Shown: positions 37,863 to 47,811 of the stretch, piece after piece
Layout: each line of letters opens with the position of its first letter
Numbering within the stretch: position 1 is the first letter of the stretch
DNA from: an uncultured Alphaproteobacteria bacterium
GTDB lineage: Bacteria; Pseudomonadota; Alphaproteobacteria; UBA3830; CAYLKK01
Assembly: GCA_964412505.1 (NCBI GenBank)
Contig: CAYPOM010000005.1
Span: 14,411 to 78,410, forward strand
DNA: 64,000 nucleotides
Direction of reading: 5' to 3'
Notes under the pieces: generated by a model
What the model was told of the DNA's origin: nothing
The model's input: the letters and a program-made list of their open reading frames with translations, nothing else
The model's database searches: none
Translations under genes and position numbers: made by a program

Positions 37863-38390
37863 ATGGAGAGAAGCATATTTAAATTAGCTATAGCTATGTT
37901 ATGCATTACATGTTGTGTCGATTACAACGAAGCAAAAAACGGAGAGATAAGAGCTAAAGCAAAGCAATGGTGCAAAGATAAGAAATTAGTAGCTAAAAAA
38001 TTTGGAGAAAATGTAAAAGGCAAAGCTAAAGAGAAGGCGGAAGAAATTGGGAAAGATATTGAGCATTCTGCTAAAAGAAAGCTATACGACAAAGCTTTCG
38101 AATTTTATATACTTCCAATAGATAAAAAACGAAGTGAATTAGTAGACATGCTAAGCGCTAAAACTACTATAAATATGTTAGTATTAATGTATTCACTTAT
38201 CAGCAGCAACAAGAAAGATGATCTTATTTCTAAAATAAACGAAGTCATCAAAACTAATTTAAACATAACTCAGAATTTTGATATTATGACCGCTAAAAAG
38301 CAAGACATAAAAGGAATAATTAATGGCATTGAAGGCGACTTAATTGAAAACCTTTCTAGTACTCTTATAAAAAAACCTTTATGCAACTAG
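37863..38390 (+). CDS. Hypothetical Lys-rich lipoprotein-like protein
   Basis: MERSIFKLAIAMLCITCC is a signal/lipobox-like start, and the ATG at 37863 is preferred over the TTG at 37833. I recognise no motif. Confidence 0.45.
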   Translation: MERSIFKLAIAMLCITCCVDYNEAKNGEIRAKAKQWCKDKKLVAKKFGENVKGKAKEKAEEIGKDIEHSAKRKLYDKAFEFYILPIDKKRSELVDMLSAKTTINMLVLMYSLISSNKKDDLISKINEVIKTNLNITQNFDIMTAKKQDIKGIINGIEGDLIENLSSTLIKKPLCN

Positions 38391-38641
38391 ACATTGAAGA
38401 AAAGCAAGATTGGCTCATCGACAAGCTTAAAAAACGCAGTGGCATCAAAATGCTAAATGATGCATACAAATCTACGCGAAGTGACAATAATGATATCAAA
38501 ACTGAAATCCAAAATTCGTTAAATATAAATGACGTGAAAAAAGTTAAAGAAAAACAAATTAGAGAAAGCATTACAAAACTGGGAAAAGAAAAACTCGATA
38601 GTTTTTTCGCAAAAATCCACAAAGAAATCACACACAATTAA
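38381..38641 (+). CDS. Hypothetical small charged protein (possibly the 3-prime half of a frameshifted gene)
   Basis: 86-aa ORF that overlaps the previous ORF by 10 nt (ATGCAACTAG). An antisense ORF of similar size exists, so this call is weak. Confidence 0.35.
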   Translation: MQLDIEEKQDWLIDKLKKRSGIKMLNDAYKSTRSDNNDIKTEIQNSLNINDVKKVKEKQIRESITKLGKEKLDSFFAKIHKEITHN

Positions 38642-38678
38642 AATTATATAGAGCCCACAAACATCGATGGATAAGTTG

Positions 38679-39692
38679 TCACTCTCCTAACATCCACCGA
38701 GGTTTTGGGCGAAAAGAAATTGGATTGCCTGTATCTCCATTTTTAATTCGCTCAATCGCAGACCAAGCTATCATCGCGGCATTATCTGTACACAATTTCA
38801 AACTAGGAGCAAAAAACTCTTTTCTATATTTTTTAGCCAAAATAGACAATCCAGCACGAATTTCTGTATTTGCAGCCACCCCTCCACCAACAACAATGCT
38901 AGAAATGTTTATACCATTATTATTACAACACTCAAGTGCAAACTCACATTTCTGAAATAAAAGTTCGCTCACAACACGCTGAAATGAAGCACATAGGTCA
39001 TTAATATTAAAATTCTCATGTTTTTCTACAATTAATCTAACCGCAGTTTTTAAGCCAGAAAATGACATATTACATCCTTGTTTTTTATACAAAGGTTTTG
39101 GTAAGTCAAATCTAAATGGATCTCCGTCTTGTGCATATTCTTGAATTGCAGGCCCACCAGGATATCCTAATCCGAGCATCTTCGCTACTTTATCAAATGC
39201 TTCACCTACAGAATCATCTAATGTTTGCCCCAAAACTTCAAAAGATCTAGGACCTTTTACAATACAGATTAAACAATGGCCACCAGAAACCAACAAAAGT
39301 AAATATGGAAATTCTATTTTTTCATTTCCCAATCTAGCGGATAAAGCATGGCCCTCTAAGTGATTAACTGCATAAAATGGTTTTCCAGAAAAAGCGGAAA
39401 TTGTTTTTCCAAAAGTTGCGCCAACTATAACACCACCTATTAATCCAGGACCACATGTAGCAGCAATTGCAAATATGTCGTCTATAGAAACTCCAGACTT
39501 TTGCATCGCTAACCGATAAGTTACATCAATGTTTTCTAAATGCGCTCTAGCGGCTAATTCTGGCACGACACCACCGAATGATGAATGTACATCAATCTGT
39601 GATGAAATCTCGTTAGCTAAAATATCGCCTTTATCTGTTACTAAAGCGACAGATGTATCATCACAGCTTGTTTCTATACCTAAAACTATCAA
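38679..39692 (-). CDS. tsaD: tRNA N6-adenosine threonylcarbamoyltransferase TsaD
   Basis: GIETSCDDTSVA at the N-terminus, HLEGH, SGGH and the GVAAN motif are present. Confidence 0.9.
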   Translation of the reverse strand: MIVLGIETSCDDTSVALVTDKGDILANEISSQIDVHSSFGGVVPELAARAHLENIDVTYRLAMQKSGVSIDDIFAIAATCGPGLIGGVIVGATFGKTISAFSGKPFYAVNHLEGHALSARLGNEKIEFPYLLLLVSGGHCLICIVKGPRSFEVLGQTLDDSVGEAFDKVAKMLGLGYPGGPAIQEYAQDGDPFRFDLPKPLYKKQGCNMSFSGLKTAVRLIVEKHENFNINDLCASFQRVVSELLFQKCEFALECCNNNGINISSIVVGGGVAANTEIRAGLSILAKKYRKEFFAPSLKLCTDNAAMIAWSAIERIKNGDTGNPISFRPKPRWMLGE

Positions 39693-40528
39693 AATTTCTT
39701 CTCTACTTTAACTGTAAGAAAAAGCTGGATTGGGCATTCCATCAAGCTCTGCAACTCTTTTCTTGCACTTTCGCCTATCGTTTTTATCTTGCAACCACCT
39801 TTCCCTAGAATTATTGATTTATGCGACTCCTTACTAATTATAATATCCTGCATAATTTTCCACCCTACCCCATCTTCTCTAGGTTCAATAGAAATAGTCT
39901 TCACGCTACAAGAGTACGGAATTTCCTTATGTAGTAAATCATAAATATGTTCACGAGTAATTTCTGCAGCATAAATTTCCATAGATTGATCAGTTGTATC
40001 ATCCTCAGCAAATAGCCATTCACCTGGTTCAGCATTATCAAGCAAATATTTTCTTAAATCGCCTACGCCACTTAAATTTTCTACACTTGAAACAAGAAAC
40101 ACCTGTTCGAAATTTCTCAAGCTAGAAAATTCACCTATTAACTTTAACAAATCAGGCTTACGCACCAAATCAACTTTGTTAATTACTAGAACAACATGTT
40201 TATTTTCATCTATCTTCTGTATCAATTTTTTAGACTTTTCAAGATTCTTCTTAGAACCGTCAATAACAAATAATATTAGCTCTGTTTTTCTAAATGCCCC
40301 CCAAGCAACTTTTTCGTAGTTATTTGCAGATTTAGACCGATAAAATCCAGGTGTATCAATTATAGCCACTTGAGTATCTCCTTCTGTAATAATACCCATA
40401 ATATTAAAAATCGTTGTTTGAACCTTTCTTGATACTATAGAAACTTTTTGTCCTACAAGAGCGTTAACTAATGTAGATTTACCGGCATTAGTCTCTCCAA
40501 TAATTGTAACTATATTTATTTTTTTCAT
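39689..40528 (-). CDS. era: GTPase Era
   Basis: G1 GETNAGKST, G3 DTPG, G4 NKVD and a C-terminal KH domain (ISKESHKSIILGKGGCKIK) are present. Confidence 0.9.
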   Translation of the reverse strand: MKKINIVTIIGETNAGKSTLVNALVGQKVSIVSRKVQTTIFNIMGIITEGDTQVAIIDTPGFYRSKSANNYEKVAWGAFRKTELILFVIDGSKKNLEKSKKLIQKIDENKHVVLVINKVDLVRKPDLLKLIGEFSSLRNFEQVFLVSSVENLSGVGDLRKYLLDNAEPGEWLFAEDDTTDQSMEIYAAEITREHIYDLLHKEIPYSCSVKTISIEPREDGVGWKIMQDIIISKESHKSIILGKGGCKIKTIGESARKELQSLMECPIQLFLTVKVEKKF

Positions 40529-40530
40529 AA

Positions 40531-41202
40531 TTAAATCTTCTTCAACAAAATCAACATATTTTTAGCAGCTTCCTGTTCTGCCTCTTTTTTACTGTTACCA
40601 GCACCCTCTGTCTTATAGTCATTAACTCTAACATATACGACAAAATGTGGTTTATGTGCTGGACCTGATATATCTTTAACTGTATAAATAGGGCTAGATT
40701 TAAGTTCTTTTTGAGCATATTCTTGGAGCTCGCTCTTTTTATCTTTTTCCTTTACATATGCTTGAGATAATTTACGTGAAAAAAGTTTTGAGATAACATT
40801 CATCGCACAACATAAACCTCCATCTAAATACACAGCGGCAAAAACTGCCTCCATCATATCAGCAATCGCAGAGTTATGCTTTTTCGTAAAACTATCCTCA
40901 GAAGCCTTAAAATCAAAATTTTCGATAAGGCCATATTTATTCGCAGTATCGATTAAAGATTCAGTAGATGTTATATTCGCCAATCTTCTAGCAAAATCTG
41001 CTTCATCTTCTTTCTTCAAATTTTGATACATTAAAGTAGCCACGCACAAACCTAAAACACGATCTCCTAAAAATTCCATTTTTTCAAAATTAACCCTAGC
41101 TCTCCTTTTTGGTAGCTTACTTGTATGAGAAATCGCTCTTAAAAGAATATTTTTATCGTCAAAACGATACCCAAGAATATTTTCTACATTTTCTAATTTC
41201 AT
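40531..41202 (-). CDS. rnc: Ribonuclease III
   Basis: The signature FEKMEFLGDRVLG (ERLEFLGD type) is present with a C-terminal dsRBD (GPAHKPHF...GAGNSKKEAEQEAA). Confidence 0.9.
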   Translation of the reverse strand: MKLENVENILGYRFDDKNILLRAISHTSKLPKRRARVNFEKMEFLGDRVLGLCVATLMYQNLKKEDEADFARRLANITSTESLIDTANKYGLIENFDFKASEDSFTKKHNSAIADMMEAVFAAVYLDGGLCCAMNVISKLFSRKLSQAYVKEKDKKSELQEYAQKELKSSPIYTVKDISGPAHKPHFVVYVRVNDYKTEGAGNSKKEAEQEAAKNMLILLKKI

Positions 41203-42518
41203 TGAATTTTCGCGACTATATCATTGATAGAAATCACTTCCTGTTCACCTGTATGCATATTTCGCAAATTGACTAAACAATTATTAAGCTCGTCTGTATT
41301 TGCTACTACGACAAATTTAAATCCTTTTTTAGCAGCATAACTCATCTGTTGTCCTAACTTCTTATCTTGTAAAAACAGCTCTGTTTTTATGCCATTTTTT
41401 CTAAGGTATGACGCTACTTCTATATATTTATCAATAGAACCTCTATCTTGCACAGTAACCAATACATCTGCAGGAGTCATCTTATCTACATTGACAATGT
41501 TTTTTTCAACTAAAATATTTATCAATCTGGAAACCCCGAAACTTACCCCAACACCAGGAAATTTTTTATTAGAGAAATATTCAGTTAAATTATCATATCT
41601 TCCACCACCAGCAACACTACTAGTGAATTCATTATTACGTAATTTTACTTCGAATATACTACCGGTGTAATATGTTAATCCACGAGCCAAACTAGTATCC
41701 AATTTTACATTAGAATAATCAACCCCAAATGATTCTAAGCGAATGTATAATTCTTCAAGCTCTGATACACCTTTACTAAAAGTATCGTTATAATTTAAGT
41801 TTTTTAATTGTTCTATAAGGTCTAAATTCGACCCTAAATAATCCAAAAAAGATATTACTTGTTTTATTTGAGAAGAATCGAGTCCGAGATCAGATAACAT
41901 TTCAACAAATTTATACTCTTGAACCTTCTCCTTTTTATCTATCACTCTCAAAACGTCTGATACTTTATTTGCATCCCCAATAATATGACTAATGAATCCA
42001 TCAAGAATTTTTTTGTTATTTATCTTAATCTCAAAATCCAATTCGAAAGACTTGAATACTTCATACACTACAGAAACAATTTCTGCGTCGCTATTTAAAG
42101 ATAATTGAGTATTATCAACTATGTCTATATCACATTGATAGAACTGTCTATACCTACCAGCTTGAGCACGTTCTCCTCTCCAAACAGGAGCTATATGATA
42201 ACGCTTATATGGAAATACCAATTCACCTTCATGCTGGGCAACATACCTAGCCAAAGGGACAGTTAAATCGAATCTAAGAGCTAAATCTTTTTTATCATTT
42301 GCATCAGCCAAACGATATATACCGTATATTTCACTATCATTCCCTTTAGCTAAAAGCGTAGAAACACGTTCTACAGCAGGGGTATCTAAAGGAGAAAACC
42401 CAAATAGCTCAAATTTTTCTCTAATTCTATTTAAAACTATATCAAAAGCAATCTGCCAACATGGCAAATACTCAGGAAACCCAGAAATCTTAGACACAGC
42501 CATACGAAATAGCTCCAT
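41199..42518 (-). CDS. hisS: Histidyl-tRNA synthetase
   Basis: Class II motifs are present (RYHIAPVWRGERAQAGRYRQFYQCD, GGGRYDNL, GVSFGVSRL). An alternative start lies at 42503. Confidence 0.9.
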   Translation of the reverse strand: MELFRMAVSKISGFPEYLPCWQIAFDIVLNRIREKFELFGFSPLDTPAVERVSTLLAKGNDSEIYGIYRLADANDKKDLALRFDLTVPLARYVAQHEGELVFPYKRYHIAPVWRGERAQAGRYRQFYQCDIDIVDNTQLSLNSDAEIVSVVYEVFKSFELDFEIKINNKKILDGFISHIIGDANKVSDVLRVIDKKEKVQEYKFVEMLSDLGLDSSQIKQVISFLDYLGSNLDLIEQLKNLNYNDTFSKGVSELEELYIRLESFGVDYSNVKLDTSLARGLTYYTGSIFEVKLRNNEFTSSVAGGGRYDNLTEYFSNKKFPGVGVSFGVSRLINILVEKNIVNVDKMTPADVLVTVQDRGSIDKYIEVASYLRKNGIKTELFLQDKKLGQQMSYAAKKGFKFVVVANTDELNNCLVNLRNMHTGEQEVISINDIVAKIQ

Positions 42519-42560
42519 TTATGAAAACTATTAAATTGTATAAGAATCGCCACTAAATAT

Positions 42561-43028
42561 CTACTTATTATTTTTCAATTTTTTCAGAGCATCAACATCT
42601 ATCGATATACTTGGTTTTTTCTGATCTATTAAAGCCTCTAGTTCAGCAATAAAACGATCTGAAAGATTTTTTACTATACATTCATAACGACTGTTCAATG
42701 TAGCTCTAATAGTCGCATCGAACTCTTTCTCAAGACGATCTTTTAAAAAACGTGCATGTTTTTCGCTCTCTTCTTTAAATGCAGCGACTGCCTCAGATGA
42801 TTTTGCCCGCATCATATTTATTTCATTTTCTATTTCCGCTTTACGTGAATAAGCTGCACTCAGCATCTCTGACGCGTTCTCTTTTAATTTTTCTGCTTCA
42901 GAAATCCTAGACTCAATTTTACTAGAATATTCATCACACATTTTAACAATAGCAAAATACAATTTTTTCCCGAAGAAAAGAAAAAAGCAAAGAAAAGCTA
43001 TAAGCACCCATAATTCAGCAGAAAACAT
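42561..43028 (-). CDS. atpF: F0F1 ATP synthase subunit b
   Basis: A single N-terminal TM segment is followed by a long charged helix, and the gene is last in the F0 cluster. Confidence 0.75.
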   Translation of the reverse strand: MFSAELWVLIAFLCFFLFFGKKLYFAIVKMCDEYSSKIESRISEAEKLKENASEMLSAAYSRKAEIENEINMMRAKSSEAVAAFKEESEKHARFLKDRLEKEFDATIRATLNSRYECIVKNLSDRFIAELEALIDQKKPSISIDVDALKKLKNNK

Positions 43029-43030
43029 AG

Positions 43031-43477
43031 CTAACTCTCACTCTTATTGTGATACAGCTTATAGTAAGCCGCATCTACAAGCTTTGGCATCTCTGACAAA
43101 ATGTCGTTAGATATAGTCTCAACATACCTATTAACTTCATCAATAGATTTAGCACTCTTCTGCAAATTTTCATTGTGTATAGCTTGCATACTAATCTCAA
43201 GATTTGCCCTAATGTTAGCAATAGCATTACGTTCCTCTGATTCTATTGTCATCCTCGCACTTTCAAGTTCTGCCGCAACTTCACTATCAATCTTTTCAGC
43301 TTCTTTTGCAAATTCCTTAGCCTGATCTAAAATGAAACTAACATAACGCTCACGAGATAAAAACATCCCATCAACTTTCGGCACTATGTAAAATTTAGCT
43401 ATCGCGAATAAAGAGAAAAATGATATGAACAACCAAAAAAGCTGAGAAGCGAATGTTGAACTATCTAGTTGCGGCAT
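43031..43477 (-). CDS. F0F1 ATP synthase subunit b-prime
   Basis: MPQLD..TFASQLFWL is the typical b-prime N-terminus. The gene lies between atpE and atpF, as in alphaproteobacteria. Confidence 0.75.
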   Translation of the reverse strand: MPQLDSSTFASQLFWLFISFFSLFAIAKFYIVPKVDGMFLSRERYVSFILDQAKEFAKEAEKIDSEVAAELESARMTIESEERNAIANIRANLEISMQAIHNENLQKSAKSIDEVNRYVETISNDILSEMPKLVDAAYYKLYHNKSES

Positions 43478-43483
43478 AAAAAC

Positions 43484-43708
43484 CTACTTATAAAGAATCA
43501 AAAATGCGATCAATAAAGCAAACAAAGCGACAGCTTCTGTTAAAGCGAATCCCAAAAAACCTACCAAAGACAAATGCTCTTTTGCTTCAGGGTTCCTTGC
43601 AATAGAACTTATCCAAGTCGAGAAAATATTCCCTAATCCTAATCCAACGCCAAACAACGCGAAAACAGCGAGTCCAGCACCAATCATACGAGCGGCTTCT
43701 GCATCCAT
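43484..43708 (-). CDS. atpE: F0F1 ATP synthase subunit c
   Basis: 74-aa hairpin proteolipid with the ARNPE loop and a conserved carboxylate (LTEAVALF). Confidence 0.9.
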   Translation of the reverse strand: MDAEAARMIGAGLAVFALFGVGLGLGNIFSTWISSIARNPEAKEHLSLVGFLGFALTEAVALFALLIAFLILYK

Positions 43709-43735
43709 GATAATTCACTCCTAAGATACGACAAA

Positions 43736-44464
43736 TCAATGTAAATGTATTGCATCATGCAAATACAAGCAAGTAAGTATAGCAAAAACGTACGCTTGCA
43801 AGCAAGCGACTAGAATTTCAAACCCAGTAAGTGCAATATTAACCGCGGCAGGGACGACACCACAAGCCCCCAACATAACAGAGAAAGCTGCAAAAACCTT
43901 CAAAATCGTATGCCCAGCCATCATATTTGCAAAAAGCCTTATAGACAAACTAACAGGTCTAGAAAAATAAGACAAAATTTCTATTGGGACTAATATAGGC
44001 TTTAGTATAAATGGGACTCCTTTAGGAACAAAATAACTAAAAAATTTCACTCCATGTATAAAAAATCCAAGCAACGTAACAAATATAAACACAATCATAG
44101 CAAGAGCAAACGTAACGACGATATGGCTTGTGAATGTAAACATGTATGGTACCATTCCTATTAGATTACCAAAAAGTACAAAGAAAAAAATACAAAGAAC
44201 AAAAGGGAAATACTTCATACCAGAAGAACCTACATTTTCCTTAACCATATTCACAACCAAATTATACGAAATTTCGACTAACGACTGGAAACGGCCAGGA
44301 ACATTCTTTTTATTTCTAAGCCCAAAAGAAAAAAATGCTGTTATACAAACTAATGCCAATAACATTGAAAATGCAGAGTTAGAAAACGACAGATCAACTC
44401 CATTTGCAACAAATTGTATTATAGGTCTAATTTCAAACTGATGTAATGGATCTATCATATTCAA
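43736..44464 (-). CDS. atpB: F0F1 ATP synthase subunit a
   Basis: LSIRLFANMMAGH is the signature with the essential Arg, and about 5-6 TM segments are apparent. Confidence 0.9.
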   Translation of the reverse strand: MNMIDPLHQFEIRPIIQFVANGVDLSFSNSAFSMLLALVCITAFFSFGLRNKKNVPGRFQSLVEISYNLVVNMVKENVGSSGMKYFPFVLCIFFFVLFGNLIGMVPYMFTFTSHIVVTFALAMIVFIFVTLLGFFIHGVKFFSYFVPKGVPFILKPILVPIEILSYFSRPVSLSIRLFANMMAGHTILKVFAAFSVMLGACGVVPAAVNIALTGFEILVACLQAYVFAILTCLYLHDAIHLH

Positions 44465-44636
44465 GCACCAACTTAGTAGTTAATTATAACATATTATATT
44501 ATAAACATTCAAATAACTAGAGATCTTTGCAAATATTAACCAGTGTGACTATTTTTAAAACATAACAACCAAACACGCAAAAAATCACTAACACCGCGCA
44601 TTCTATAGACATATAATTAAGAAATTACAATAAAAC

Positions 44637-45773
44637 CTAATTATTACTTATTTCATAAACTCTCATTTCATCTAAAACGCCTACAAATCTCAATTCTCCT
44701 GACGCATAATAATCATCTCCGCATTTCTTATCATCTATACTGTAAGATTTATATATATCTTCATACTTTTGTACAGAAATTTTCGTACGACTTTCAATAT
44801 TTTCTTCGAACAAACTTACATTAAGAAAACCTCTATAAGTGCTTTGAATTCTTACAGAAAAAAACTCAGAAACACTACCAGAGCCATAACTGTACAAACC
44901 AATATTTTTACAAGATAAATCTTCCTCAGTATTTGCAAGCAATGAAATTAAGCTAATATATAATGACGCAGTATAGCTGTTTCCTATAAGACGATTGTAT
45001 TTGATAGAATTTTTATTAAAATTATCAGCGTTTCCATACAATGCAATATGCCCCTTCTGTGCCATCTTACAAAATGGAGTATGAAAACAAACATAATCCA
45101 ATTCTATCTCATTAATTGCTTGAAAATTTTCATAAGACTTTTTTAAAAAGCTAAGATACTTTTTAGCAGACAGAGCCCCGTTTACAATAGCCTCTTTTCT
45201 ACATACAGGCCGCCAAAAATCCATAGCCTCATCTGCATAAATTCCTGTTTTTGGATTTATGACTGCAATTTCTGGGTTATCAGAAACTATTAAAGCAACA
45301 GCGCCACAACCCTGCGTAGCCTCACCTGGAGTATACAAGCCATAACGAGCTACATCAGACATTATTACAAGAACTTGCTTCCCTGGATTAGCACGAACAA
45401 AATCATACGCAACAAATAAAGCGGCAGTCCCTGCATAACACGCCTGTTTTATATCGAAAAGCTTGCAAGTATTTTTTAAATTTAAAAATTTATGTATATA
45501 TACAGCACAAGACTTAGACTCATCTACACCAGACTCTGTCGCAAAAATTAAAAGATCTATGTTTTCCACACAATATGAATCCATTATATTCTTTGCTGCA
45601 GAAAAACCTAATGTTATCGCATCTTCACATGTGGGTGGAATAGACATTTTTTCTTGCATTAACCCATCATAATATTTTGATATAGGCTGATTACGAGCGA
45701 TAGCAAAATCGCGCATATCTATAAAATATTTAGACGTACTAAAACTTACCCTATTAATACCTATATTTTGCAT
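44637..45773 (-). CDS. mvaS: Hydroxymethylglutaryl-CoA synthase
   Basis: IGINRVSFSTSKYFIDMRDFAIARNQ parallels the bacterial MvaS N-terminus. A catalytic-Cys region (KQACYAGTAAL) and the HTPFCKMAQK and NIGLYSYGSGS motifs are present. The ORF opens at 45788. Confidence 0.8.
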   Translation of the reverse strand: MQNIGINRVSFSTSKYFIDMRDFAIARNQPISKYYDGLMQEKMSIPPTCEDAITLGFSAAKNIMDSYCVENIDLLIFATESGVDESKSCAVYIHKFLNLKNTCKLFDIKQACYAGTAALFVAYDFVRANPGKQVLVIMSDVARYGLYTPGEATQGCGAVALIVSDNPEIAVINPKTGIYADEAMDFWRPVCRKEAIVNGALSAKKYLSFLKKSYENFQAINEIELDYVCFHTPFCKMAQKGHIALYGNADNFNKNSIKYNRLIGNSYTASLYISLISLLANTEEDLSCKNIGLYSYGSGSVSEFFSVRIQSTYRGFLNVSLFEENIESRTKISVQKYEDIYKSYSIDDKKCGDDYYASGELRFVGVLDEMRVYEISNN

Positions 45774-46836
45774 TTTTACTTCTTTCAATACTCAAATGTG
45801 ACTTAATTAATTCGCCATTATTTGTTAAAGCTGCCATCAGAGATAATTCTCCGCACAAAACTGTTGCACCTATTATTGCAGATAAACGCTTAGATCCGCC
45901 ATCATTTAGACCCCCCATCATTTCTAAGTTTTTTCTAGCGAATTCAATATGCTTCCCATTCCCGATAGTTCCAACAATTATGTTTGGCAAATACACTGAA
46001 AAATATAAACTTCCATCATTTTGCAAATTCGCATAAGTTATACCTTGAGAGCCTTCTACAATATTAGCTGCATCTTGCCCAGTAGCCAAATAAATAGCTA
46101 GCAACATATTCGCGAAATGAGAGTTTGCGCTCCTTAGACTACCAGCTAAATTAGAACCAAGCAAATTTTTTGTTGTATTTAATTCACAAATTTTTTCTGG
46201 CGTAGTACGTAACAATGATTTACATACATCTGGAGAAATAATAATTTCAGCATTTACGCGTTTACCTCTGCCACATATTGAATTAATGGCTGAAACTTTT
46301 TTATCAACACATACATTCCCAGAAACAGATATACACTCGCAATCATATTTCGCTATCACAAAGTTAACAAAATTTTGTGCAGCTTTTGTAACCATATTAT
46401 GACCTGACGCTTCTCCAGATTCTATACATAATCTAACATATAACAAATTACCAACAATTTCATTTGATAAATCTATAAATTTTGTATACTGACTACCATC
46501 TTCTATAATGTTTTTTATACATTTGTCATTTATGATATTTTCTGATATCGACACAGCATCATTGCAGTTTTTACATTTCAAAATAACAGACCTAGTCATT
46601 GTATCCTGAGACACAAAAACTGAAATTCCTCCACAATTTTCTGCTACTTTTGCACCTCTACACACAGAATAAAACAAAGGACTTTCTAACGTCGCTAATG
46701 GAACTAGAACTTCTTCGACTGCAGACAGATACCTAATCTTCACTGAATCTACAATCTTTGTCGGAATAACTGTATCTGTACTATTCATCAAATGACAAGA
46801 CATTGAACTACTCACAAAACGTGTAGATTGTACCAC
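45754..46836 (-). CDS. HMG-CoA reductase, class I-like
   Basis: [29 protein letters not shown] parallels the class I [32 protein letters not shown] parallels GDAMGMNM, GTIGNG parallels GTVGGGT, and the C-terminal [11 protein letters not shown] parallels LVKSHM.HNRS. At 360 aa it is short, and the start is uncertain (GTG at 46836 or a downstream ATG). Confidence 0.7.
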   Translation of the reverse strand: [360 protein letters not shown]

Positions 46837-46949
46837 AGATCAACCAAAACACACAGAAATATTTTATTGTTACGAATAGCCATTTTAAAATGATAGTTTT
46901 TCGCAGTATTTTACACAAAATTAATGCTTAGATTATAAGATATTTATAT

Positions 46950-47555
46950 ATGAATAGAATTCTTATATTTTCAACACTCTTTTGTATATTTAGCTCTTTA
47001 CATAATTCTGCATATTGTGAAGAGTTATTTGTCATTGTACCTGAAGCTAGAATAATAGACGCAGAAAAAAGATTAGATTCCCTTTTTCATGAAACAGAAC
47101 AAATAAAAAAAGACTTAGATTCTGTCCAAAACTTGGATGATAAATCTATTATCGCCTCTATCTTCAGCACATTAGCGTCAAGAATACCTGTTATAATAAA
47201 AAATATAAATAATGCAAATAAAGCAATTAGTGCATTCTATACGACAAATAATGCACTAAAACAAACTCAATCAGCAACAGCAGCGAATGAAATGCATAAC
47301 AATTTGTCAGAAATAGAAAGCTTGCTAAATATTTTAAAGAAAGTAACAAAAACAGCAGTAGATCAATCTACAGCAGAAAAATCAGTTTTATCTCAATATA
47401 TGAAAACAGACCCGTCGAACAATGGAAATGTAGAAAATAGCTCAGCTCACAGCTATCAAAACATAACAAAATTTTTTAACGTAGTTAAGAAGTATTTAGA
47501 CATCAAAAGGCAAAGTAGCCAAGCTAATACCTCAAAACGCAAAACTGCAAAATAA
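46950..47555 (+). CDS. Hypothetical secreted protein
   Basis: It has a signal peptide (MNRILIFSTLFCIFSSLHNSAYC) and helical low-complexity sequence. I recognise no motif. Confidence 0.45.
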   Translation: MNRILIFSTLFCIFSSLHNSAYCEELFVIVPEARIIDAEKRLDSLFHETEQIKKDLDSVQNLDDKSIIASIFSTLASRIPVIIKNINNANKAISAFYTTNNALKQTQSATAANEMHNNLSEIESLLNILKKVTKTAVDQSTAEKSVLSQYMKTDPSNNGNVENSSAHSYQNITKFFNVVKKYLDIKRQSSQANTSKRKTAK

Positions 47556-47559
47556 CAGT

Positions 47560-47793
47560 CTATATTTCATCTAATTTTTTACGTAGAGTATTCCTATTAA
47601 TTCCTAGTATCTTTGCTGCTTTTGTTTGATTGTTTGCCGTATATTTTAAAACTGCATTGAAAATAGCCCCTTCTATTTCACCAATAACAGTTTTATATAT
47701 ATTAGCTGGAGGGACTCCGTCAGAGTGCTTTTCTAAAAAATTCGAAACTTCTCGTTCAACCAATTTTGCTAAACTAACTTTTTCTGTATGCAT
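47560..47793 (-). CDS. fis: Fis family DNA-binding protein
   Basis: 77 aa with the C-terminal HTH NQTKAAKILGINRNTLRKKLDE. It lies immediately downstream of dusB. Confidence 0.75.
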   Translation of the reverse strand: MHTEKVSLAKLVEREVSNFLEKHSDGVPPANIYKTVIGEIEGAIFNAVLKYTANNQTKAAKILGINRNTLRKKLDEI

Positions 47794-47811
47794 GCGATAT
47801 TCTCCGTTGCA

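Noticed and set aside
44465-44636. Possible atpI upstream of atpB
   Set aside because: There is no ORF of suitable size or hydrophobicity in the 170-bp gap.
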